A DNA stretch of 64,000 nt from Candidatus Geocrenenecus sp. JGI 0000106-J15 (lineage in GTDB: Archaea; Thermoproteota; Nitrososphaeria_A; Caldarchaeales; Wolframiiraptoraceae): the NCBI GenBank assembly GCA_000405685.1, contig ASPF01000013.1, positions 11,055 through 75,054 on the forward strand, given 5' to 3'. Numbering within the stretch: position 1 is the stretch's first letter; each line of letters begins with the position of its first letter. A program made the translations under genes and the position numbers. Below are positions 38,286-47,834 of the stretch, in pieces. A model generated the notes under the pieces. That model saw only the letters and a list, made by a program, of their open reading frames with translations, was not told the DNA's origin and ran no database searches.

Positions 38286-39311
38286 ATGAAGTTGCCGAAC
38301 ATTGGTAAATTAGATAAGAAGGTTTTCGATGAAGTAATCTTACCAAAGCTTGGAAGAAGAGATAAAAATGTACTAATACCACCTATGCATGGAGTAGATG
38401 CTGCTGCTATAAGGATATCAAGAGATGCCGTTATGGTAGTTGCCGAAGACCCTACTTTTGGTATGCCTGTGTTAATGCCTTTCTTTGGTTGGGCCATAGT
38501 TCATATATGTGCAAGCGATGTAGCAGTACTCGGAGCTAAGCCGAGATATATGCTTATATCTCTTCTCTTACCACCGAATACTCTAATAGAAACATTCAAG
38601 ATGGTTTGGAATCAGATAAACGATGAATGCAAAAAGTTAGGCATCTCTATAGTTGGAGGACATACAGGAGTCTATCCTGGGATTAGTTATCCTCTAAATG
38701 GTGGATGTGTAATGATAGGTTTCTGTAGGAAGAGAGATCTTAGACCTGCATCAAACGCTAAGGCTGGCGACGTCTTACTCATTACTAAAGGTGTAGCAAT
38801 TGAAGCTGCTGGAATCCTAGCCTATCAAGCAGAAGAAGAATTGAAGAAAATATATGGCTCCGAATTTGTTGAAGATGCAAAGAAACTCTTCTTTCAGATG
38901 AGCGTAGTAGAAGATGCTTTAACCTCTGCTAGATACTGCCATGCAATGCATGATGCTACAGAAGGCGGATTGATTAACGCTGTTTATGAGATGGCTGAAG
39001 CCTCAAATCTAGGAGTGATAGTTTATGGAAAAGATATAATAATTCCAGAACCAGCCGAAAAAATATGTGCTTATTTCGAGATAGATCCATTAACCTCTAT
39101 AAGTGAAGGTACCTTAGTAATAGCAGCTCCGAAAAAGAATATTGGAATGATAAGGAAAGCTTTAAGGAAGAAGAACATAACTTCAGCAGTCATAGGAGAG
39201 TTCACAGAGTCAAAAGAAAAGATCTTAATAAGGAAAGATGGTAGCGAGGAGAAAATCAAGCCTGTTGAAAATGATCCCTTCTGGGAAGCTTACTTTAGAA
39301 CTTTAAGGTGA
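38286..39311 (+). CDS. AIR synthase-related (PurM/ThiL/HypE/SelD superfamily) protein
   Basis: GVDAAAI, VAEDPTF, NDECKKLGISIVGGHTG and MHDATEGGL motifs. Confidence 0.75.
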   Translation: MKLPNIGKLDKKVFDEVILPKLGRRDKNVLIPPMHGVDAAAIRISRDAVMVVAEDPTFGMPVLMPFFGWAIVHICASDVAVLGAKPRYMLISLLLPPNTLIETFKMVWNQINDECKKLGISIVGGHTGVYPGISYPLNGGCVMIGFCRKRDLRPASNAKAGDVLLITKGVAIEAAGILAYQAEEELKKIYGSEFVEDAKKLFFQMSVVEDALTSARYCHAMHDATEGGLINAVYEMAEASNLGVIVYGKDIIIPEPAEKICAYFEIDPLTSISEGTLVIAAPKKNIGMIRKALRKKNITSAVIGEFTESKEKILIRKDGSEEKIKPVENDPFWEAYFRTLR

Positions 39312-39317
39312 AAAACA

Positions 39318-39914
39318 TTGAATAAAAACGAGGTTGACAAAGTTTTAGGAAATCTCGTAAGAGCTGTCAAAATCTTAGAAGAATGCTTTGAATTCGCTGA
39401 CCTTATACCTGAAGTTAGAACAAACATAGTATATGCATTACCAAATGCTCAGACAATAGATGAGGTTGCTGCAATAGAAGGAAGAATAACTAAAATTAAT
39501 AACAGGCCTAAAGCTTGTGGTTATCCAGCTTTCGGTGCCTCAAGTCACATGGCCAGATTAATTATTGAGATCATGAAGATAGACAAGAGTTTGAGAGCTG
39601 GAATAAACTTCTCATGGAGTGAAGAATTCTCAAAATGGCTTGAAGAATGGTCCAATAAAAACAATATCTTATATGGATACATAGATAGGTTTCAAGAACC
39701 TGAAGAAATCTCTAAGATTGAAGGAAGATCAATCCCATGGAAAGTAGAATATCTACTGAGAAAGTACAATACTATCCCAAGGATATTCTATGAATCCCCT
39801 GGAATCGGTAAAGAACCCCTCTTCGTATTGATTGGAGAAAACGCTGTAGAAGTTGCAAATCTTTCTGTAAGAATAGCGAAGGAATGGAAAAGAGCTAGAG
39901 AAGAACATAGTTAA
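39318..39914 (+). CDS. ThiN-type thiamine-phosphate synthase family protein
   Basis: LIPEVRTNIVYALPNAQTIDEVAAIEGRI and FGASSHMARLII are ThiN-like. Confidence 0.6.
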   Translation: MNKNEVDKVLGNLVRAVKILEECFEFADLIPEVRTNIVYALPNAQTIDEVAAIEGRITKINNRPKACGYPAFGASSHMARLIIEIMKIDKSLRAGINFSWSEEFSKWLEEWSNKNNILYGYIDRFQEPEEISKIEGRSIPWKVEYLLRKYNTIPRIFYESPGIGKEPLFVLIGENAVEVANLSVRIAKEWKRAREEHS

Positions 39915-40078
39915 CATGGATTAATACCTGTATATTGCTAGACTCGGTTTTAAAATTTCTAGATTGATGTCTTCTTATCCCACATGAATAACTGTACTCT
40001 AATAATCTTTACACCTATTGTAATCCTTGCATTAAAAACTACGATGAAAGAATATATGTAAACGTTCAAATATTTGTC

Positions 40079-40487
40079 GTGGGGTTTAAACTGACTTCTA
40101 GAGCTAAGGATTGGATGAAGCAGGCATTAAGAGATTTACAGCATGCAGAATTATCTATGGAGTTTGGGAGCTATGAGTGGGCGTGTTTTGCAGCTCAGCA
40201 GGCTGCTGAGAAAGCTGTTAAAGCTCTCTATGAGAGTAGGAATATGGAGGTTGCGGGGTATTCAGTGTTAAGAATGCTTGAAAATCTCAGAGATGAGCTT
40301 AAACTTGATTCGAGCTTTATTGAGAAAGCAAAAGAACTTGATAGAAACTATATACCAACACGATATCCTAACTTCCATGTTGAAGGCGCCCCAATGGATT
40401 ACTATACTAAGAACGATGCAATAAGGGGCGATACAATATGCAAGGGAAATTATTGAATTCTGCAGAAGTAAAGGTGTTCAAGCTTAA
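40079..40487 (+). CDS. HEPN domain protein (module 3); its C-terminus is shifted by an extra G in a G4 run
   Basis: EWACFAAQQAAEKAVKALYE and ELDRNYIPTRYPN. After G4 (40425-40428) the track frame ends as GDTICKGNY. The -1 frame instead reads AIQYAREIIEFCRSKGVQA-stop (40485-40487), matching the paralog's C-terminal helix. Confidence 0.75.
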
Positions 40488-40500
40488 CATTGAATATATC

Positions 40501-40854
40501 ATGGAAAAGGTAAAAAGCTATGCTGAGGAATTAGTTAGTAAAGGAAGCGCTCAAGCAGTAATACTATTTGGCTCTCTTGCTAAAGGGACTTATTCACCTT
40601 TCTCAGATATTGATGTATTAATTCTAGTAAAGGATGCTCCACCTAACCCTATCGATAGAATAAGTAAGTACATAGACCCGAAGCTTCCTCTAGATATTGA
40701 ACCAAGAGTTCTGAGAATTAACGAGTTCTTTGATATTATTAAGGAAGAGAGAAGGTTTGGAAAAGAAATACTAGAGAACGGGATAATCCTTGCAGGAAAA
40801 ACAGAGATTCTTGAAGAAGCTAGAAAACTTCCCTGCAACATTAAGAATAAGTGA
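40501..40854 (+). CDS. MNT nucleotidyltransferase (module 3)
   Basis: VILFGSLAKGTYSPFSDIDVLILV. The ATG at 40501 (MEKVKSYAEEL) lies 13 nt after the corrected HEPN stop. The track start at 40438 is probably an artefact of the upstream frameshift. Confidence 0.75.
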   Translation: MEKVKSYAEELVSKGSAQAVILFGSLAKGTYSPFSDIDVLILVKDAPPNPIDRISKYIDPKLPLDIEPRVLRINEFFDIIKEERRFGKEILENGIILAGKTEILEEARKLPCNIKNK

Positions 40855-41117
40855 AAAGAAAATATACGGAGACTAGAGGTTAGAGAATATGCCAGATGCT
40901 TTAACTTAATCTTAATTTAGTATAATCTTCTAGAGAAGAATCATAAGAAAATTCTTTTTAGATTTTCAAATTAATTCTCTAACTCTACTCAGTCAAAGAT
41001 TTAATAGATTCAGACTTGAAACTTTAACATTTTAGATTATTCTACACGCTTTATTTAAGAACTTAGTAATCTATCGAATATTTATCTCTAGGCTAAGTTC
41101 TAAGTTGAATGGTTTAA

Positions 41118-41594
41118 ATGGGGCTTAATGAATTTCATCTACTTAAGAAGTTGTTAGATGAGAATGGTGTAGAATATACAGTACATGAGCATGATCCTGT
41201 GTATACCTCTGAGCAAGCAGCTAAAGTCAGGGGAGTAGAATTAAAAACTGGTGTTAAAGCTCTCGTCCTAAAAACATCCAATGGAGAATTTATCTTAGCG
41301 TTAGTAGCTGCTGATAGAAAGATAGATTTAGAAAGACTTGCAAAGATTGTAGGCGTTAAGAAGCTTAAGCTTGCATCACCTAACGAAGTATTAGAAAAAA
41401 CTGGATGCGAGGTTGGATCAGTCCATCCCTTCGGGAATCTTTATGGTCTTCAAACATATCTCGATAGATCTGTTTTAGAGAATAAGTGGGTAAACTTCAA
41501 TGCAGGTCTGCATACGGTCTCCATACATATGAGGTCAGAAGATATGCTAAGATTGATCAAGCCAAAACTAGGAGATTTCTCAAAAGGAAGATAA
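41118..41594 (+). CDS. YbaK/ProX-type aminoacyl-tRNA trans-editing deacylase domain protein
   Basis: GVKALVLK, GCEVGSVHPFG and NAG motifs; ~158 aa. Confidence 0.75.
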   Translation: MGLNEFHLLKKLLDENGVEYTVHEHDPVYTSEQAAKVRGVELKTGVKALVLKTSNGEFILALVAADRKIDLERLAKIVGVKKLKLASPNEVLEKTGCEVGSVHPFGNLYGLQTYLDRSVLENKWVNFNAGLHTVSIHMRSEDMLRLIKPKLGDFSKGR

Positions 41595-41803
41595 AGATTA
41601 TTCTTTAATGCTTCAACATACCTAACAAAACAAGATCTTATAAACCACTAAGAATATTATGGTAAATACTTTGATATTCAACTAAGTGTTATGCTTAGAT
41701 AGCTCTGCAAACTTACATAAACTATTACTGTCACTATCTCATGGGTTCCAATTTCTGGGTTATCTCTTCAACTTAGATTCATCACATCTCCCTATAAGAG
41801 CAT

Positions 41804-42703
41804 CTATCTTTTGTATCCTTTGGTAGACTTGAGATCTTTTCTTTCTGATTCAGGCTCAACATGTATCGTCAAGTTTATATCTGGGAGTTCTCGCTTTATC
41901 TCTTCTTCTAGATGGTCTGCAATATCATGTGCTTCTTTTACACTCATCTTATCATTAACAACTAGATGTAGTTCTGAGAATATCATGTTCCCACTTTTGC
42001 GAGTTTTAAGTTCATGATATTCGGAAAAAAGAAATCTATGACTTTCAAGTATCTCACGTATCTTCTTATCAGCTTCTCTCGATGCTGGATCCATAAGATA
42101 GTTTGACGATTTTATAATTAGGTCGATCCCCATCTTCGCAATGAATGCAGCTATACTTATTGCAAGAAGTGAATCAATAAATACATATCCTGTAAAATAC
42201 ATTATTCCTAGACCTACCCAAATAGCTATAGAAGATAAAACATCTGAGAAGAGATGCTTAGCGTCTCCTTCAAAAGCAGGTGAATTTTTAATCTTCGACT
42301 CTTTTAAGAGTTTATATGCTATCCCAGAATTTATTCCTGCTGCTAATACAGATACTGAGATTGCAAGATCTAGGGAATACAATTCAACTGGATTGAAGAA
42401 TCTACTGAAAGCAGTATAGATAAGAAATATCGAGACCAATACTATGAGTATGCCTTCAATTAGTCTAGATATTTCTTCAATCTTCTGATGACCATATTGG
42501 TGGCTTTCATCAGGAGGTTTTCCAGAGATATATATTGAAAAAAGCATTATGCTTGAAGCTAAGATGTTTACTATAGATTCGAGAGCATCGGACAGTAGAG
42601 CAACAGAATTTGAGATAAGAAAAGAGATAAACTTTACACTAAAGACTAGGAAACTGCCTAGAAAAGCAACTACGGCGACCGTGGTCTTTTTCAATCTTCT
42701 CAA
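41804..42703 (-). CDS. Cation diffusion facilitator (CDF) family metal efflux transporter
   Basis: Six TM segments, SVALLSDALESIVN, HLFSDVLSS, and a C-terminal cytoplasmic domain with LHLVV and IHVEP. Confidence 0.85.
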   Translation of the reverse strand: MRRLKKTTVAVVAFLGSFLVFSVKFISFLISNSVALLSDALESIVNILASSIMLFSIYISGKPPDESHQYGHQKIEEISRLIEGILIVLVSIFLIYTAFSRFFNPVELYSLDLAISVSVLAAGINSGIAYKLLKESKIKNSPAFEGDAKHLFSDVLSSIAIWVGLGIMYFTGYVFIDSLLAISIAAFIAKMGIDLIIKSSNYLMDPASREADKKIREILESHRFLFSEYHELKTRKSGNMIFSELHLVVNDKMSVKEAHDIADHLEEEIKRELPDINLTIHVEPESERKDLKSTKGYKR

Positions 42704-42853
42704 ACATCAATGAAAAGCAACCTTCTCTTAAGGATTTGTACTATTAAACTGAATTTTATATCTTATAGATGCATCCTAAGAATAGCATTTGATGCCGTGT
42801 AAAAATAAAGATCTGAATAAATGTGATAGAATGGCCACAGCATTAATTACTCA

Positions 42854-44497
42854 GTGTTAAGTATGTTAGGAAGATCCATAAGCATGAATAATAAATTTTT
42901 AAACGGATATAGCATGTCTAAGGAGAGGAAGATCACATATGTATCGATGTTAACTAGTGAGGATACTCATGCTGAATATGAGAAAGCAGTAAGAGAAGTC
43001 GAGACTAAATATTTTGGGAAACATTACTCAATGTATATTGCAGGTAGAGAAGTTTTCTCAGAGTATGGAGAGTTTGAAGATAGAAGCCCAATAGATACCT
43101 CTATAATAGTTGGATATTTTCAGAAGGGATCTAGAGAACATGTTAGAGAAGCTATTGATAAAGCCTATGAGAGTTTTCCTATATGGGCTAATCATGATTG
43201 GAGGGAAAGAGTTAAGATAATGCAGAATGCATCTAAGCTAATTGATGAGAGAAAATATGAGATAGCTGCTATCATAACCTATGAAGTTGGTAAGAACAGG
43301 ATGGAAGCTCTCGCAGAATGTTATGAAGCTATTGATGCTTTAAGATATTATGCAAAAGTTATGCAGGAAAATAACGGATATGAGAAAGAGCTTGGTCCTG
43401 GTGGTCCTGGAGAAAAATGTAGAATGATCTGTAAACCTTATGGTGTATGGGTTGTAATTTCACCTTTCAATTTTCCATTCATGTTAGCTAACGGAATGAT
43501 ACAGGGAGCATTATTAACTGGTAATACAGTTGTCTTTAAACCTACAAGTGAAGCACCCTTAACAGGGCTAATACTATACAAACTCTTTATAGATGCTGGA
43601 GTACCTGCCGGCGTATTAAATTATGTGACTGGACCTGGAGATGTTTTTGAAGATGAAATAATCACAAACAAGAAGGTTGCAGGAATAGCTTTTACTGGTT
43701 CTAGAGATGTAGGAATGCGGCTGTACAGAAGGTTCACTTCTTCCCAACCTTACCCTAAACCGATAATACTCGAGATGGGTAGTAAGAATCCAGTAATAGT
43801 TACAAGCAAAGCAGATTTAGATAAAGCTGTACAAGGAGTCATTAGAGCAGCATTCGGATATAGTGGGCAGAAATGTTCAGCTACGTCAAGAGTATATGTT
43901 CAGAAAGATATTGCGGAGAAATTCATTAAGAGGTTAATCGAAGAAGCTAAGAAGATAAAAGTAGGAGATCCACGTAACCGTGACGTCTTCATGGGGCCTG
44001 TCATAAATAGGAGAGCATTAGAAAGCTACATGAATTATATAGAAGTAGCTAGGAAAGATGGTGGAAGCATAATTCATGGAGGTCAAGTGTTGAGAGATGG
44101 AGAACTCGCTAGAGGATTCTATGTTGAGCCAACGATCATAACTGGTTTAGATAGAAACCATGAATTATTCAGGAAAGAATTGTTTGTCCCTATACTACTG
44201 GTGGATATGTTCAACAATCTTGAAGAAGCATTAAGAGAAGCAAATAATACAGATTATGGTCTTACAGCGGGTATATTCTCTGAAGACCCTCAAGAGATAG
44301 AATACTTCTTGAAAAATATTGAATTCGGCGTTACCTACGTGAATAGAAGAGGTGGTGCAACAACTGGAGCATGGCCAGGGGCTCAAACCTTCGTTGGATG
44401 GAAAGCAAGCGGAGCTACAGGTAAAGGAGTTGGAGGACCGAATTATCTGCTAAGTTTCATGAGAGAGCAGAGTATAACAATTGTTAAAGAAGGTTAA
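42854..44497 (+). CDS. Aldehyde dehydrogenase, 1-pyrroline-5-carboxylate dehydrogenase-like
   Basis: FTGSRDVG, the catalytic LEMGSKNP and GQKCSATSR, and EPT. The start is uncertain; an internal Met at 42914 is possible. Confidence 0.85.
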   Translation: MLSMLGRSISMNNKFLNGYSMSKERKITYVSMLTSEDTHAEYEKAVREVETKYFGKHYSMYIAGREVFSEYGEFEDRSPIDTSIIVGYFQKGSREHVREAIDKAYESFPIWANHDWRERVKIMQNASKLIDERKYEIAAIITYEVGKNRMEALAECYEAIDALRYYAKVMQENNGYEKELGPGGPGEKCRMICKPYGVWVVISPFNFPFMLANGMIQGALLTGNTVVFKPTSEAPLTGLILYKLFIDAGVPAGVLNYVTGPGDVFEDEIITNKKVAGIAFTGSRDVGMRLYRRFTSSQPYPKPIILEMGSKNPVIVTSKADLDKAVQGVIRAAFGYSGQKCSATSRVYVQKDIAEKFIKRLIEEAKKIKVGDPRNRDVFMGPVINRRALESYMNYIEVARKDGGSIIHGGQVLRDGELARGFYVEPTIITGLDRNHELFRKELFVPILLVDMFNNLEEALREANNTDYGLTAGIFSEDPQEIEYFLKNIEFGVTYVNRRGGATTGAWPGAQTFVGWKASGATGKGVGGPNYLLSFMREQSITIVKEG

Positions 44498-44552
44498 GTT
44501 AGCAGATTAAGAATGAATGATGAAAATCTAGTTTGCCTAGAAATTATATATT

Positions 44553-45134
44553 ATGATTAACTACTCATTGATACGGTCTCGGAGCATGAATCGTCCTAGG
44601 AGGATAATAAGTCTATGGGTTGGTAACACCATTGAAGTTACTGGTACAATTATAGGCTTCATATTATTATTCTCTCTAAGTTTCATTACTGATATACTAG
44701 TAAAATTCTTAGTAATAATTATCTCATGGATGTGTTTCTGGTATTTCCCCCATTGTTTAGCACACTTTATCGTCGGAAGGATTCTCGGGATAAGGTTCCT
44801 ATACTACTTCGTAGGCAGATCTAGTCTTATAAGAATGAGGTTACCTTTAGTTACATCTATACTAGGAGTTGTCCCAGTTTTAGGTATAAAGATTGATAAA
44901 ACATCTATATTGAACATTTCTAGAAACAAGGTAGCTATTATGTATGCTTCAGGAGTTTTAGCATCTATGTTATGTCCGCTCATACCCTTTACATACTCAC
45001 TAATCTATCTCGAATATATCATTACAGTCTTCATCGGAGTTATAACCATTGGGAACATAATCTTCACGACATACTTTAGCTCTAAAGTGGGAGACTTCTC
45101 TAAAGCAGTAAGAATTTTACATCAAGCTAGATAA
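44553..45134 (+). CDS. Hypothetical integral membrane protein
   Basis: Five to six hydrophobic segments; no recognised motif. Confidence 0.4.
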   Translation: MINYSLIRSRSMNRPRRIISLWVGNTIEVTGTIIGFILLFSLSFITDILVKFLVIIISWMCFWYFPHCLAHFIVGRILGIRFLYYFVGRSSLIRMRLPLVTSILGVVPVLGIKIDKTSILNISRNKVAIMYASGVLASMLCPLIPFTYSLIYLEYIITVFIGVITIGNIIFTTYFSSKVGDFSKAVRILHQAR

Positions 45135-45136
45135 CC

Positions 45137-45967
45137 TCATCTCTGCTTCAACATACGACTGAATATAATGAACATTATTAGCGAGGTCGCCGTCCACGAT
45201 ATGAATGCTATTGGTCCTAGACCTGCTAATTCTCTGGGTAGTGTGGTTGTTAATATTGTTAATCCCCATATAGCATTAATTGCACCATGAAGAGATGCTG
45301 CTGGAAGGATGCTCGAAGAGCTCTTTGTAATAATAGAGTGAGGTATCGAGGCTGAGATCGTGAAAAGCGTAAATAAAGGTATTCCTAACAGTCTATTTTC
45401 TGGATAATTATATCCTAGAAGTATTATTGCTGAAGCATGCCAAACCCCCCATACTAATCCGACCATCAAAGAAGATTTAACGAAGCTTAAACCAAGAGAT
45501 TCGAATCTCTGTTGTAGAAATCCTCTCCACCCTATCTCTTCACCTATAGCATATAATGCATTTAATGATATTGCTGCAATATACACGTTAATGAATGTAA
45601 GAAGTAGAAAGATCGGTACATTAATTGAAGTAACTTGAATTGTCCTTTCAATATAGTTAAATGTGAACGCTCCTATAAAGTAGATTATCAGTATGTAGAA
45701 CGAAAATGTTAGAAATGTTACGAATGGAGCAAGAAAATATAAATAAATTACTCGTCTGCTAACTTTCAGCGAACTCTTTATCGGATTCAATCCACCAACT
45801 ATGTATGTAGTCACTGTGGGGGTATACATCCTAAGTGCCCCCCAAGCAAGTAGTGTTAAACTATCTAAAACTCCTAAATTCAGATAGAAGAGATAGTCAA
45901 TAAAGAATGCTAGAATAATAGTAATCAAAGAGAAAAGAATTATCTCTCTTAAGCTTGTCCTATGCAA
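45137..45967 (-). CDS. CPBP family intramembrane glutamic endopeptidase (CAAX protease-like)
   Basis: EEIGWRGFLQ, GLVWGVWH and SLHGAINA motifs in a polytopic protein. Confidence 0.75.
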   Translation of the reverse strand: MHRTSLREIILFSLITIILAFFIDYLFYLNLGVLDSLTLLAWGALRMYTPTVTTYIVGGLNPIKSSLKVSRRVIYLYFLAPFVTFLTFSFYILIIYFIGAFTFNYIERTIQVTSINVPIFLLLTFINVYIAAISLNALYAIGEEIGWRGFLQQRFESLGLSFVKSSLMVGLVWGVWHASAIILLGYNYPENRLLGIPLFTLFTISASIPHSIITKSSSSILPAASLHGAINAIWGLTILTTTLPRELAGLGPIAFISWTATSLIMFIIFSRMLKQR

Positions 45968-46129
45968 ATTATTCCCTCGTTAACCTTCTCCTCCTACGAT
46001 AAGAATTTATGCTAACAAGAATAAGGTAAGATCTCAACTGAAACCTTGTACTTATTCCTTTATTAGACTTGGAAAAATATTCTTTTTAATTACCTGTACA
46101 TTCAAGTTATTGGACCAAGGTGGGAGTCA

Positions 46130-46330
46130 TTGGAGATAGAATGGGCTAAGCTAATACTAAAGCCTAGATCGTCTTTTCTACTAGTCCAATGTAATGAATG
46201 TGGACATAGGCAGATAGTCTTTGATCATGCGAAAACTGAAGTTCCATGCCAAGTATGTGGATCAATTCTTACGAAACCGACAGGGGGTAAAGCACAGATC
46301 TTAGGAAAGGTAGTTGAACATTATGGCTGA
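46130..46330 (+). CDS. rps27e: 30S ribosomal protein S27e
   Basis: PRSSFLLVQCNECGHRQIVFDHAKTEVPCQVCGSILTKPTGGKA. TTG start preceded by GGTGGGAG. Confidence 0.9.
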   Translation: MEIEWAKLILKPRSSFLLVQCNECGHRQIVFDHAKTEVPCQVCGSILTKPTGGKAQILGKVVEHYG

Positions 46331-47114
46331 ATTTATTGAGAAAGAATCACCATCTTTAGGAGAAGTAGTTGTAGGACTAGTGAAAAAGATAGAGAGATTT
46401 GGAGCATACGTAGAGTTGGTTAACTATCCAGGATGGGAAGGATTTGTCCATATTTCTGAAATCTCTCTTAAATGGATAAGGAATATAAGAGACTATTTGA
46501 GAGAAGGTCAGAAAGAAGTCTTTAAGATACTTAGAACAAACCCCCATCTACGTCAAGTTGATCTTTCATTAAGAAGAGTTGAGAAGACGGAAAGAGACCA
46601 GAAGATACTAGAATTAAAGAGGAAACAAAAAGTTCAACGTGTTTTGAATCTTTTATCTGAAAAAACAGGCATCAGTAAAGATGAAATAAAGAAGATGATC
46701 GTCGAGCCTGCTCAACAGAGAGGTTTACAACTCTATGATGTATTACTAGATGCGGTTGAAAACGATTCTCTACCTGAATGGCTTAAGCTTGATAACAGCA
46801 TATCAAGTAAGCTTGTCGAGCTTACAAAACAAGAGATTAAAATGAAGAAAGTAGTCTTGAAGAAAGACTTAATCCTAACATGTAAGAAAGGTAACGGAGT
46901 TGAATATATCCGTAAAGCTATAGAAGAAGGTTTAAAAATATCTCAAAAAGGTGAGACTGTAAACATTACAACTAAGGGCTCTCCTAGATACTTGCTGAGA
47001 GTCGAGGCAGATACAGAAGAAAGAGTAAAACAATTACTTCAAGAAGTAGCAGATAGATGTATTAGTGTTATGAGAGAATTCGGTGGAGAAGGTAGATTGG
47101 TAGAAGAGGATTGA
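46314..47114 (+). CDS. eif2a: Translation initiation factor aIF2 alpha subunit
   Basis: N-terminal S1 domain GEVVVGLVKKIERFGAYVELVNYPGWEGFVHISE, a helical domain and a C-terminal alpha-beta domain. It overlaps rps27e by 17 nt. Confidence 0.9.
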   Translation: MNIMAEFIEKESPSLGEVVVGLVKKIERFGAYVELVNYPGWEGFVHISEISLKWIRNIRDYLREGQKEVFKILRTNPHLRQVDLSLRRVEKTERDQKILELKRKQKVQRVLNLLSEKTGISKDEIKKMIVEPAQQRGLQLYDVLLDAVENDSLPEWLKLDNSISSKLVELTKQEIKMKKVVLKKDLILTCKKGNGVEYIRKAIEEGLKISQKGETVNITTKGSPRYLLRVEADTEERVKQLLQEVADRCISVMREFGGEGRLVEED

Positions 47115-47281
47115 AGACGCTAATAAATAAATGCTTAGAGTGTGGAAGATATACTTTAAGGAGAGACATCTGCCCATACTGTGGTGGAGATGTGAGATCT
47201 GCTCATCCCCCCAACATCTCTCTAGAGAGTAGATATCTCGAGTTGATTCTCATGGCTAGAAGAAAAAGACGTCTAAATTAA
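47111..47281 (+). CDS. nop10: H/ACA RNP protein Nop10
   Basis: Not in the ORF track (56 aa). The translation is LKTLINKCLECGRYTLRRDICPYCGGDVRSAHPPNISLESRYLELILMARRKRRLN. The TTG start overlaps the eif2a stop. Confidence 0.85.
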   Translation: MKTLINKCLECGRYTLRRDICPYCGGDVRSAHPPNISLESRYLELILMARRKRRLN

Positions 47282-47834
47282 GGCTTAAAATACTGTTGAA
47301 GTAGCTATTTCTAACTTAAACTGCAAAAGACACTATCTCAAAAAGGTTCTTTACAGAACCTGTTAAAGTTGCTGACAAGACTGTGAAAGTAGATGAAGGA
47401 GAACTACAGGCAGCTATTAAGAATACTATAGTATAAGAGGTTGAGATGAAAGCGGATCCCTAAGACAGAAACTTTGAGAGCTTTAAAAATATCTTAAATA
47501 TAAATAGTTTACAACTCCTTTATCTTCCATTTTATTCTGTTACTTCTAAAGGTTTTCAACTTCTTTTCTTTTTGAAGTTATCATTAATTCTAACTTCTTA
47601 GAATCCTCACCAAGAATTACTGTTATCGTCCATGAATCCAAAAAATTTAAAATTCCCCTATTTTTCAATTGGTAATCTTTCTTAGGTCTATATTTTACTA
47701 ATGCTTAAGAATTTGTCCCGATAAGGAGTTTTTCCCTCCACATTTGTAAGATTAAATATGCAAAATGGTATCAAATGTCCGCTGGGTGTTATTTCATGGA
47801 TACAACATTTCCTTAACTTACGTATATCGATATT

